Origin: Hyalangium sp.
GTDB taxonomy: Bacteria; Myxococcota; Myxococcia; Myxococcales; Myxococcaceae
Direction: 5' to 3'
Assembly: GCF_045802625.1 (NCBI RefSeq)
Contig: NZ_JBJMQP010000096.1
Span: 1 to 37,809 of the forward strand
Length of the DNA: 37,809 nucleotides
Below, in pieces: positions 27,542-35,860 of this stretch. The notes below the pieces were generated by a model. That model was not told where the DNA came from. It saw only the letters and a program-made list of their open reading frames with translations, and did not search any database. Numbering within the stretch: the stretch's first letter is position 1; each line of letters opens with the position of its first letter. A program made the position numbers and the translations under genes.

Positions 27542-27853
27542 ATGTCATCCGCAGCCCAACTCTCTCATTACATCATCGCGTTCGCGGGCGCCGCGCGCAC
27601 CGCTCAGAAGCTCATGTCCTCGGGCATGGATCCGATGACGATCGCCGAGTACTACTTCGAGGTGAACATCACCTCGGACTTCGAGCTGAAGAGCGAGACG
27701 GACGTCACCCTCAACATCTGGCGCATGAGCATCAAGGAGAAGCTGACGCTCGACTACAAGGAGCACATGGGCATCACCGTGAAGTGCACCATCAAGCCCT
27801 CGGCCGTGCTCGCCGCCCAGGCCAGCGGTGGCGGCGGCGGCGCGGCGTCCTGA
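27542..27853 (+). CDS. small hypothetical protein A (103 aa)
   Basis: Perfect SD AGGAGG 5 nt upstream of the ATG and high GC3, but overall GC is lower than genome average. No known motif. Gly-rich C-terminus. Confidence 0.7.
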   Translation: MSSAAQLSHYIIAFAGAARTAQKLMSSGMDPMTIAEYYFEVNITSDFELKSETDVTLNIWRMSIKEKLTLDYKEHMGITVKCTIKPSAVLAAQASGGGGGAAS

Positions 27854-27962
27854 TAGGGCACGCCTCTCCCTGACAACCCAGATCTGACAATCAGCACCGC
27901 CGGTGTTCCCTCTGGGAGCGCCGGCGGTGCTGGCACGCCAGCTACCCCTCATTGGATCTCCC

Positions 27963-28409
27963 ATGGCAAAGCCTAACCAGACCACCGATCACGCCCAGGT
28001 TCTCATCCACGATCTCATCCTTGCCGTTCAGTCCTCGTTGGACATCGCTGAGGATACGGCCCGCAAGCACTATTCCTTCTCTGTCGCGGAGCTGGAGGTC
28101 TCCGCCAGCTTCGACTTCGAGATGACGGAGCAGGACAACGACATTCCGGACGACAAGCCGCAGCCCAAGCGCTGGTTCTCGCTCTTCGGCGGCAAGAAGG
28201 AGCCGGCCTCGCGCGCACGCACGCACGACTTCTCGGAGAAGGACTCCAGCAAGCTCACCGTCCGCATGCTGTTCCGGCCTGGCGGCAAGCTCCTGGTGTC
28301 TTCGACGCCGCCGCTGTCAGAGGGCTCGACCGCTCCGGCCGAGGATCCGCCCAGCCAGCCCGAGGCCGCCGAGCCCGCTCCTCCGCCGGCGGGAAAGCGC
28401 TCCAAGTAG
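27963..28409 (+). CDS. small hypothetical protein B (148 aa), paralog of protein A with an insertion and a Pro/Glu-rich tail
   Basis: Shares an N-terminal helix with A, plus HY.F.V / SFDFE / W / LTV blocks (A: YYFEVNITSDFELK..IWRMS..ITVKC; B: HYSFSVAELEVSASFDFEM..RWFSLF..LTVRM). ATG 27963 is preferred over the track start 27903. Confidence 0.55.
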   Translation: MAKPNQTTDHAQVLIHDLILAVQSSLDIAEDTARKHYSFSVAELEVSASFDFEMTEQDNDIPDDKPQPKRWFSLFGGKKEPASRARTHDFSEKDSSKLTVRMLFRPGGKLLVSSTPPLSEGSTAPAEDPPSQPEAAEPAPPPAGKRSK

Positions 28410-28421
28410 CACCCAGCAGAG

Positions 28422-28453
28422 GGAGCCCGCGGCGGAGGCTGGCCGCGGGCTCC
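28422..28453. terminator. perfect 12-bp GC hairpin between convergent genes
   Basis: ggagcccgcggc-ggaggctg-gccgcgggctcc. Confidence 0.45.
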
Positions 28454-28459
28454 GTGCCG

Positions 28460-29461
28460 TCACTTCGCCTGGAAGAGCTTGCGCTTCTCGAAGGCGTCCT
28501 TCACCGCGTCCGAGACCTGGTGCCCCCGCGCGGCCATCAGCCCCGCGACATCCACGGGCTTGGACACCGCGCAGACACCGGTGGGGTTGATCGCCGTCAT
28601 GTACCCATCCCCGCAGTCCGCGCCGTGAGCCTTCAGGATCGTGCCGAACTGCAGCTCCGCCATCAGCCGGAGCAGGTGGTGGGTCCGCTCGACCTCGAGC
28701 TCGGGCGACTCGCCGCGCACCTGATGATCCCAGTGGATGAAGCGCAGCGTGCCAACCGGCGTGTAGTTCCAGTGCATCAAGGCCTGGAAGCGCTTGCCGA
28801 TGTCAGGCACCTGGCGGAGCAGCTCGAGGAGCGATGTCGAGGGGGGCAGGTGCGGGACGGCGTCGTCCTGGAACTCGAAGCGCTGGTGGATGTTGTGGAA
28901 CGGGTAGGCCTTGGCGAACCCCACGTCACCACACTTGGGGGCGGCGAAGGTGAAGATGCCCGCGGGCTCGATGCCCTCGAGGCGGGCGAACCGCATGGCC
29001 GCGAGCGTGGCCATGGCCCCGCCCTTGTTGTGGCCCGTGAGGTAGAGGGGGAGCGTCTTGTCCCCAGCCTGGCGCAGCGCCCGGACCTGCGGCAGGAGCC
29101 GGGACCAGAGCGCATCGAGCGAGCCCCAGAACCCCGCGTGCAGCGCCCCGGGGATGCCAGGCACGGAGATGAGCTCGGCGTGGAAGTCGTTCATCCAGTC
29201 GAGCGCGGGGGCCATGCCTCGCTCCGTGGGAGGCAGGGTGCCGCGGAACGCGACGACCACGGCGTTGAGCGCGCTGCTGCGGCCCACCAGGCACGCGTCG
29301 ACGTGGGGCTTCCCGGCGCCTCCGACGATGGCGACAGGGGCGATGAGTCCGGAGGCGCTGTCATAGGGAGGATAGGAGGAGGAGAACGAGCCATTGGATT
29401 GGACGGCATAGCTGTAGACACTGGCACAGAGCATCTGGCCTTCGAGGGTGGGTGCGGGCAT
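28460..29461 (-). CDS. lipase class 3 / DUF2974 (Mbeg1-like) alpha/beta-hydrolase homolog with Asn replacing the nucleophilic Ser
   Basis: LYLTGHNKGGAMATLAA corresponds to G-H-S-[LK]-G-G in lipase_3/DUF2974. ATG 29461 with SD AGGAAG. No signal peptide. Confidence 0.7.
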   Translation of the reverse strand: MPAPTLEGQMLCASVYSYAVQSNGSFSSSYPPYDSASGLIAPVAIVGGAGKPHVDACLVGRSSALNAVVVAFRGTLPPTERGMAPALDWMNDFHAELISVPGIPGALHAGFWGSLDALWSRLLPQVRALRQAGDKTLPLYLTGHNKGGAMATLAAMRFARLEGIEPAGIFTFAAPKCGDVGFAKAYPFHNIHQRFEFQDDAVPHLPPSTSLLELLRQVPDIGKRFQALMHWNYTPVGTLRFIHWDHQVRGESPELEVERTHHLLRLMAELQFGTILKAHGADCGDGYMTAINPTGVCAVSKPVDVAGLMAARGHQVSDAVKDAFEKRKLFQAK

Positions 29462-29627
29462 GAGCGCTTCCTGTTTGGGGTTGAGATTGGGGGGAGCCCA
29501 ATCGCAGGGGAAGACGCCGCGGGAATGCACCTCGTGAAAGAGCGAGCCGCTTCACTGCGGGAGCCGGCCGCACGTCCTTCAGCACAGCCACCCATTGAAG
29601 GGGGCCTTTGCGCTGGAGAAGCCGCGG

Positions 29628-30350
29628 ATGCCATTGTCGACCAAGCCCGAATACCCTCACGACTACAACCCAGACAACACTTGGAAGAGCCTCGTACCCA
29701 GGGGTGGCAATCCCGCCGCCTGGTTCAAAGGGGCCGCTGGCATGGCCAGCCTCATCCAGGAGCGTCAGGGGGTGGGCTTCACCGAGGGCCCCATCTACCG
29801 GGTGCCCCTGGGCCGCTGTGTAGCGTGCCTGGTCCAGTTCCCGGTCGCCGCGCTGACGATCGAGAGCATCATCCATTACGACACCTACGCCGGGAAGGCG
29901 CTCGGGCCGCAGGATCTGGTGAACATGCACAACGACACGTCCAACCTGACGTTCCTGTGCAAGGGCTGCCACGCCAGCAAGGATCTCGAGCCGAGTACGC
30001 TCTATGACTGGATCATGGAGACCGTGCGGCTCGAGGAGCACGGGACGCGGCTGAGCCAGGTCCAGGTGGTGAGGCAGGCCTGGCTGGACATGGAGCGGGT
30101 CGCGGCGCAGCAGTTCCTCCACATGGACCTGACGGGCCTGCAGCACGTGCTGGCCGACCCCAACCTCAGCCCGAGATCCCAGGCGGCCGCGCGAATGGCT
30201 CGCATCAGCCTGGCGGGCCAGAAGGCGCTCAATGACGCGCACTTCCTGTTCGACTTTCATCTGGCGAAGGATGTGGAGCTGCTGGCCCACCAGCTCGAGG
30301 CCGAGGCCAAGCTCCACTTGCAGCCCGGTAAGTCCAAGCCCGTTCCGTAA
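29628..30350 (+). CDS. HNH endonuclease-domain protein
   Basis: GRCVAC...IIHYD...VNMHNDTSNLTFLCKGCHASKD fits the C-x2-C/H-N-H core, followed by a helical C-terminal domain. ATG 29628; the track gives TTG 29595. Confidence 0.7.
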   Translation: MPLSTKPEYPHDYNPDNTWKSLVPRGGNPAAWFKGAAGMASLIQERQGVGFTEGPIYRVPLGRCVACLVQFPVAALTIESIIHYDTYAGKALGPQDLVNMHNDTSNLTFLCKGCHASKDLEPSTLYDWIMETVRLEEHGTRLSQVQVVRQAWLDMERVAAQQFLHMDLTGLQHVLADPNLSPRSQAAARMARISLAGQKALNDAHFLFDFHLAKDVELLAHQLEAEAKLHLQPGKSKPVP

Positions 30351-30367
30351 GGGGCGCAGGGGCGGGT

Positions 30368-30396
30368 GGCCCTCCTCGCCGCGATGGAGGAGGGCC
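30368..30396. terminator. perfect 10-bp hairpin between the convergent HNH and GH19 genes
   Basis: ggccctcctc-gccgcgatg-gaggagggcc. Confidence 0.4.
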
Positions 30397-30406
30397 AGCC
30401 GGTGCT

Positions 30407-31006
30407 TCAGCGGCTCAGCAGCTTCAGCGCCTGCTGGTAGTACGCATCACGAGACGACTTGCCATTGTAGCCGCCGTTGATGCGGTAGGTGATTGCGTCG
30501 AGGTTGCCCTCGTCCGCGTACTTGTTGAGGTGATGGCTGGTCCAAAACCAGACGGCCGTGCGGAACCCCACCTCGGGCTCGGCGGCGCGGTTGGGGTTGT
30601 TCTCCAGATCGATGTCCAGTGCGGCCCCCGCGGCGCGGTAGTTGGCGCGGCCGGTGATCTGGATCGGACCGCGGCCCTTGTAGCGCACGCCGTCGCCCGG
30701 TTGGACGTTGCCCAGATCCCGCCGCCCCTCGTAGGCCTTCCCCGAGGCCAGCTCCTCGAAGTAGCGGAGCTCTCCGCTCTCGTGAGCGAGCTGCGCCAGG
30801 AACGCCGCCCGCCGGCGAGGGGTGTCGATCCCTCCCTCGGCCATGGCCGCATTCAGGTGGGGCAGCAGCGCGATGGCGTGCGCCTCGGGCAGCTTGCGCA
30901 TGAGGGCGCGGAGCTGCTCCAGCGTCACTCCTTGCGAAGTGCTCGTCGCGGGTGCTGCGGGGGGGATAGGCGTGTCGGGGGAGGGGGAGGAACCGGAGGA
31001 TGACAT
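30407..31006 (-). CDS. glycoside hydrolase family 19 (chitinase/endolysin-like) peptidoglycan hydrolase, with no signal peptide
   Basis: FLAQLAHESGELRYFEE carries both catalytic Glu, and YKGRGPIQITGRANY is present. A Pro/Ser linker lies N-terminal. ATG 31006; an alternative GTG 31111 would leave only 6 nt after the upstream gene. Confidence 0.8.
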   Translation of the reverse strand: MSSSGSSPSPDTPIPPAAPATSTSQGVTLEQLRALMRKLPEAHAIALLPHLNAAMAEGGIDTPRRRAAFLAQLAHESGELRYFEELASGKAYEGRRDLGNVQPGDGVRYKGRGPIQITGRANYRAAGAALDIDLENNPNRAAEPEVGFRTAVWFWTSHHLNKYADEGNLDAITYRINGGYNGKSSRDAYYQQALKLLSR

Positions 31007-31117
31007 GGGGAGCTCTCGGGCTTGGCGGCCACAGCAGAAGGTGGACCTGATGGATGCCTGGAAGACGCCTGGACCAGAGCGCTTGTGACTGGCGGACGGG
31101 GCCTGGAGCACTCTGCC

Positions 31118-34100
31118 TCAAGGCCGCGGGGCGGGCGGAGTCCGATCATGCGTCTGTTCGCACGAGGCGGACGCCTGCCGCGCCGGAGCTGGGAGATCGC
31201 CTAGATAATTCTGGCGCTCCCAGGCCGTCAGACAGGCCGAGCTGGCCGCCTGGAGCCGCTCCTGGAGTGAGTCCATGGGGAGGGGCTCGCGCGGGCGCCA
31301 GAGGCGGGCGCTCCCATCCGTGGAGCCGGTGAGGAGCTGCACGTCTTCCCCTTGGGGGCTGAACGCGGCCGATGTCACCTGGCCCTCGTGCGAGGAGAGG
31401 ACGAGGTGGGGCTCCCGGGTATCGCTGGCGAGCCAGAGGCGGACGCGCGCATCCGCGCAGGCGGTGACGAACCGGCTTCCATCCGGGCTCCAGGCGGCCC
31501 AGAGCACCGGGGCTTCGTGCCGGGCGACGAATTGGACCCCGTGGACCTTGCCCCCCTCCACGCGCCAGATGCGTGCCGTGCCATCCTGTGAGGCGGTGAG
31601 CACCCGCGTCGGATCCTGGGGATGGAAGGCCGCCGAGAGGACCCAGTCGTCGTGCCCGTAGAGCGTGGCGAGCAGGTTCCCCTCCGTGCTCCAGATGCGT
31701 GCCGTGCCATCCTGGGAGGCGGTGAGCACCCGGCGGCCATCCGCGCTGAAGGACACGGAGCGGACCTGGGCGCCATGTCCCTCGAGCAGGATGGCACGCC
31801 GCGGGTCGTCCACACGGACGATCCGGGTGGTGCTGGCGCCCGAGGCGAGCGCCACCCACTGTCCGTCGGGGCTGAACGCGGCGCCGAAGAGGGGCTCCTG
31901 CTGGGACACCAGGATGCGGCCCGCCGCGTGCCCATCCGAGGGCCAGATGCGCGCCGTTCCGTCCCGGGAGGCTGTCAGCAGCCACTTCCCATCCTGGCTG
32001 AAGGCCACCGAGAGCACATCCTGGGTGTGCCCCTGCAGCACGCGCATGTGCCGGCCGTCATCCGACCAGAGGCGCACCGCGCCATCCTGCGAGGCCGTGG
32101 CCACCCGCGCTCCGTCAGGGCTGAAGGCAACGGACCAGACGAAGCTGCCCTGCCCGGGCAGTGGGCGCGAGTCCCTCGGCTCGTCCATTCTCCAGACCCT
32201 CGCGGTGGCGTCGACGGAGCCCGTCACCATCTGCTTCCCATCCGGACCGAAGGCACCCCACAGGAGGGTGGAGCGGTGCCCTCGCAGGATCCGCGGGGGC
32301 TCGGAGTCGTGGACGGACCAGAGCCGCGCGGTGGTGTCCGAGGAGACGGTGAGGATCCGGTCTCCCAGCGGGCCGCTGAAGGTGGCCATGCGGACGGCAC
32401 CCTGGTGTCCGCGCAGCACCCGGGGCTCGCCGCTCCCGTCCGCCCTCCAGAGCCGGGCGGTGTTGTCCACGGAGGCCGTCACCACCCACTGCCCATCCGG
32501 GCTGAAGCGCGCGGTGGTGAGCTCCCCCTGGTGCCCCTTCAACAGCACGGGTCCTCCCAAGCCGCTGACAGGCCAGATGCGGGCGATGCCATCCCGCGCG
32601 ACCGTCAGCACGCGGGTCCCCTCCGGATCGAACAGGGCGGAGGTGACGGTGGCGGCATGAGGCAGTTCGCGGGGACTGGCTGGCGCATCGAAGGACAGGA
32701 TGCGCGCCTTGCCATCCTGCGAGGCGGTGACCAGCCTCTTCCCATCCGGGCTGAAGGCCACGGTGGAGACGGGGCCCTGATGACGCAGGACGAGCGGCTC
32801 GGCCACGGTCTCGAGCGACCACACCCGCGCCATTCCATCGCGCGAGGCGGTGGCGATCTGCCGTCCATCCGGACTGAAGGCGCCCCACTGGACCACGCCG
32901 CGGTGTCTGAACTCTCGCAGGAGGTGTCCATCCGAGGTCCGCCACAGGCGCGCCGTCCCATCGTGCGAGGAGGTGAGGACCAGCGCCCCGTCTGGAGGGC
33001 TGAAGGTGGCGTGGTAGACCGGCCCCTCGTGGCCCGCCAGCACGAGGGGATCCCCCTCGCCATCGGTCCGCCAGATCCGCGCCGTACCATCTCGCGACGC
33101 CGTCACCACACGCTGCCCGTCCGGGCTGACCTCGACGTAGACCACGGCCTCCTGGTGGCCTCGCAGCACGGCGCGGCTCAGAGGTTGTTGGAGGACCTCC
33201 GAGACATCCCTGTCCCAGCCCTGGAGCTGCGACGGCTCCTGGATCTCGCGCAGCGTGAGCAGGGCCAGCGTGGGGTTCTCGTGCAGCATCGTCCGGGCCA
33301 CGCCCAGCCGGATGAGATCCCTGGCGCGCAGGGCGTACCGCTGCGCCTCCTGCCGCTCCCGCTGCTCCTGGGCCTCGTGCCGCCTGGCGTTCCAGGCCAG
33401 CCCCGCCATCGCCGCGGCAACCCCTATCGCCGCGGCGAGCAGCCCCAGCAGGCGGCGGCGGGCGGCCTGCTGCCGGGATTCGGCGCTGGCCACACTGGCG
33501 TCGATGAGCTGGAGCACGTCCGCGCCAGGATCCTCGTCGTACCGCTCCAGGACACGCTGGGAATACCCGAGCCGGCTGCCAGAGAGCAGATAGGGGGCTC
33601 CTCCATCCGCGTCTTCCCGGTGCGCCAGCCACGAGCGAGCCCAGGCTTGGAGCTCTCGGAAGTGCTGGAGGCGCTCGCGGTCCGCCAACGCCCACTCCAC
33701 GAGGGCAGGCCAGGTGCGGATCAGCGACTCGTGGGAGAGCTGCAACCACTCTTCGCCCGCCTGGCCCTCCTCGCGGATGAGGAGCCGGGCGGTGAGCAGC
33801 GCCTCGAGGACCTGCTCGAACGCGTCGCGCGCCTCCTGCGCCGTGGGGCGTACGTGCTCGAGCATCGCCCGCCTGCGCGTGCCCGGGGAGGCGCCGTGCT
33901 GGAAGTCCACCAGCTCCACCAGGAGCCTGCGCGCCTGGCGCTGCTCGGCGGGGGACAGCGCCGCGTAGAGGCGATCCGCTGCCCGCGTCAGCGCCCCGGC
34001 TACCCCACCAATGGCTGCATAGGCGCGGTGGGTGAGCTGGCCGCCGTCACGCCCCTCCCACAGCTGATCCAGCGCGTATTGCAGCAACGGCAGCGAGCCG

Positions 34101-35860
34101 GGCTCCTGTCCCACGTCCTGGAGGAGCCGATCCACCAGCCCCGGCTCGAACGTCAGCCCCACCTTGTGCGCCGGGCCCACGATGGCGGCGCGGAGCTCCT
34201 CGCCTTGAAGCTCCGTGACGAAGAGGCGGTGAGCGTCGGAATACACCACCGCGTCCAGCCGCGTCCCGGCCTCATCCACCACCAGCTCTCCGCAGCGCCC
34301 GAGATAGTCCACCCGGAGCGTGGCGAGCACGATCACCTGCCGCTCTGGATCTCGCGACAGCTCCCAGAGCGTGGCGGCCAGGGCTCGGCGTGCCTCGGGC
34401 TCCGTCAGCTGGGTGAAGAGCTCCTCGAATGGATCCACGAGCAGCAGCTGGCGCGGACAGGAGGACTGGCGAAGCTGCTGGAGCGTCTCGGTGGGCCCTT
34501 GCCCCGGGCGAAGCACCCGGACCTCCCAGTCGGAGGCCGGGAGCGCATGGAGCAGTCCGGCGAGGGCGAGCGAGGACTTGCCGCTGCCCGAGGCTCCCGC
34601 CAGCACCTGGAAGCGCGGCCGCCGCCCGTCCAGTGACTCCTGGATGCGCTGGAGGAGCTCCTGTAGGAGCCGCTCGCGCCCGAAGAAGAACCGGCGATCG
34701 GTTTTCTGGAAGGGCAGCAGGCCGCGGTAGGGCCGGATTGCCACCGGGCGTGTATCACTCCCATCCTCCGCTCGGGCGTAGAGCTGCACGGAGGCGTAAT
34801 CCAACGACGAGCTGTCGCGTGCGAGCTCGCGCCGGGCCTGTCCCATGGCCTCCTCGAGCGAGCAGGGCTGCGCCAGCAGAGAGCGGTAGAGGCTCGCGGT
34901 GAGCACTGAAGAGCCCGCGATGGACAGGGGCAGACGGGAGGCCACCACCGCCTGGATGCCCGCGCGGTGGAGCGCCTGGGCCACGCTGCCCAGGTGGTTG
35001 CCCGCCAGGCCCGCGCCGCTCTGGCACGCGGCGAGCACCACCAGCCGCAGCGTCCCCGCATGGGGCGCCAGCAGGTGGCGCAGGGTGGCGCCGTCGATGA
35101 GCTCGGGCTCGCCCCCCTCCCACGAGGCATCCCAGAGCAGGCCATAGGTCTGGCCCCGCCGGCTGCCGTGACACAGCAGGTGGAGGATGGAGATGGGTTC
35201 TCCAGGACGGGCCAGCGCCTCCCCGAGCGCCGCGAGCGAGACGTTCGGCAGGACGTCGCGGGCGGGATCAAACGGATGATCGCCCTCCTCGCAAGCCTGG
35301 CTCAGTGCGCGCAGGTGGGGCTTGTCCGGGACATGGCCTCCCGCGGCGGACCAGGCGTAGAGGATGCGCCCGCCCCGCGGTGTCCCGGCCAGAGGCGCGG
35401 CGTGCGTGTCGGGCCACTCGTAACGGATGAGGACACCGGGGAGCTCGGCCAGCGCTTGCCCGGAGGTCCCCAGCGTCAGCAGCTCCCAGGGCAGCGCGTA
35501 AAGCTCGGCCGCGGCGAAGCGGAAGGTGAGGTGCACGGGGCGCCCTTGCTCCACCGCGGCGAGGATGTCGCGTGCGTGGGCATTCCAGCCCACCCCCTCC
35601 AGAAAGGTCCGGAGCCGGTCCCCCAGGCGCTGCACCACGCTTCGGTCTGGCTGGAGCCGCTCCAGCTCCGCCAGGTCCGCCAGCAGCGGGGGCTCCCAGG
35701 AGAGCGCCGCTCGCGCATAGCTCCCATGCGCCCGGCGCAGCAGGTACTCCTGGGGCTCGAGCCGGAAGTGGAAGGGATCTCCCGCATCCTGGCCGCGCAC
35801 CAGCTCCAGGAGCAGCTCGAGCGGGGCGGCCTTTCTGATCACCGGGGAGGACATGTTCAC
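31118..35860 (-). CDS. CHAT (caspase-like) protease-STAND NTPase-TM-WD40 multidomain protein (1580 aa)
   Basis: CHAT His/Cys dyad at ISILHLLCHG and LVVLAACQSG. P-loop GASGSGKSS, Walker B LLLVDPFEE. One hydrophobic helix LLGLLAAAIGVAAAMAGLAW at aa 803-822. About 14 WD40 repeats from aa 895 to the end. The GTG start overlaps the SBP stop (GTGA); ATG 35854 is the alternative. Confidence 0.85.
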   Translation of the reverse strand: MNMSSPVIRKAAPLELLLELVRGQDAGDPFHFRLEPQEYLLRRAHGSYARAALSWEPPLLADLAELERLQPDRSVVQRLGDRLRTFLEGVGWNAHARDILAAVEQGRPVHLTFRFAAAELYALPWELLTLGTSGQALAELPGVLIRYEWPDTHAAPLAGTPRGGRILYAWSAAGGHVPDKPHLRALSQACEEGDHPFDPARDVLPNVSLAALGEALARPGEPISILHLLCHGSRRGQTYGLLWDASWEGGEPELIDGATLRHLLAPHAGTLRLVVLAACQSGAGLAGNHLGSVAQALHRAGIQAVVASRLPLSIAGSSVLTASLYRSLLAQPCSLEEAMGQARRELARDSSSLDYASVQLYARAEDGSDTRPVAIRPYRGLLPFQKTDRRFFFGRERLLQELLQRIQESLDGRRPRFQVLAGASGSGKSSLALAGLLHALPASDWEVRVLRPGQGPTETLQQLRQSSCPRQLLLVDPFEELFTQLTEPEARRALAATLWELSRDPERQVIVLATLRVDYLGRCGELVVDEAGTRLDAVVYSDAHRLFVTELQGEELRAAIVGPAHKVGLTFEPGLVDRLLQDVGQEPGSLPLLQYALDQLWEGRDGGQLTHRAYAAIGGVAGALTRAADRLYAALSPAEQRQARRLLVELVDFQHGASPGTRRRAMLEHVRPTAQEARDAFEQVLEALLTARLLIREEGQAGEEWLQLSHESLIRTWPALVEWALADRERLQHFRELQAWARSWLAHREDADGGAPYLLSGSRLGYSQRVLERYDEDPGADVLQLIDASVASAESRQQAARRRLLGLLAAAIGVAAAMAGLAWNARRHEAQEQRERQEAQRYALRARDLIRLGVARTMLHENPTLALLTLREIQEPSQLQGWDRDVSEVLQQPLSRAVLRGHQEAVVYVEVSPDGQRVVTASRDGTARIWRTDGEGDPLVLAGHEGPVYHATFSPPDGALVLTSSHDGTARLWRTSDGHLLREFRHRGVVQWGAFSPDGRQIATASRDGMARVWSLETVAEPLVLRHQGPVSTVAFSPDGKRLVTASQDGKARILSFDAPASPRELPHAATVTSALFDPEGTRVLTVARDGIARIWPVSGLGGPVLLKGHQGELTTARFSPDGQWVVTASVDNTARLWRADGSGEPRVLRGHQGAVRMATFSGPLGDRILTVSSDTTARLWSVHDSEPPRILRGHRSTLLWGAFGPDGKQMVTGSVDATARVWRMDEPRDSRPLPGQGSFVWSVAFSPDGARVATASQDGAVRLWSDDGRHMRVLQGHTQDVLSVAFSQDGKWLLTASRDGTARIWPSDGHAAGRILVSQQEPLFGAAFSPDGQWVALASGASTTRIVRVDDPRRAILLEGHGAQVRSVSFSADGRRVLTASQDGTARIWSTEGNLLATLYGHDDWVLSAAFHPQDPTRVLTASQDGTARIWRVEGGKVHGVQFVARHEAPVLWAAWSPDGSRFVTACADARVRLWLASDTREPHLVLSSHEGQVTSAAFSPQGEDVQLLTGSTDGSARLWRPREPLPMDSLQERLQAASSACLTAWERQNYLGDLPAPARQASASCEQTHDRTPPAPRP

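Noticed and set aside
27542-28409. Bacterial gasdermin assignment for the small proteins next to the proteases
   Set aside because: The lengths of 103 and 148 aa are far below the ~240-270 aa of bacterial gasdermins. No recognisable N-terminal pore-forming motif is present.
31118-33180. Tandem nucleotide-level repeats
   Set aside because: They arise from about 14 WD40 repeats within one coding sequence. They are not a CRISPR array, since there are no regular spacers and the frame is coding.
31622-34636. 1004-aa + strand ORF
   Set aside because: It is antisense to the CHAT-STAND-WD40 gene.
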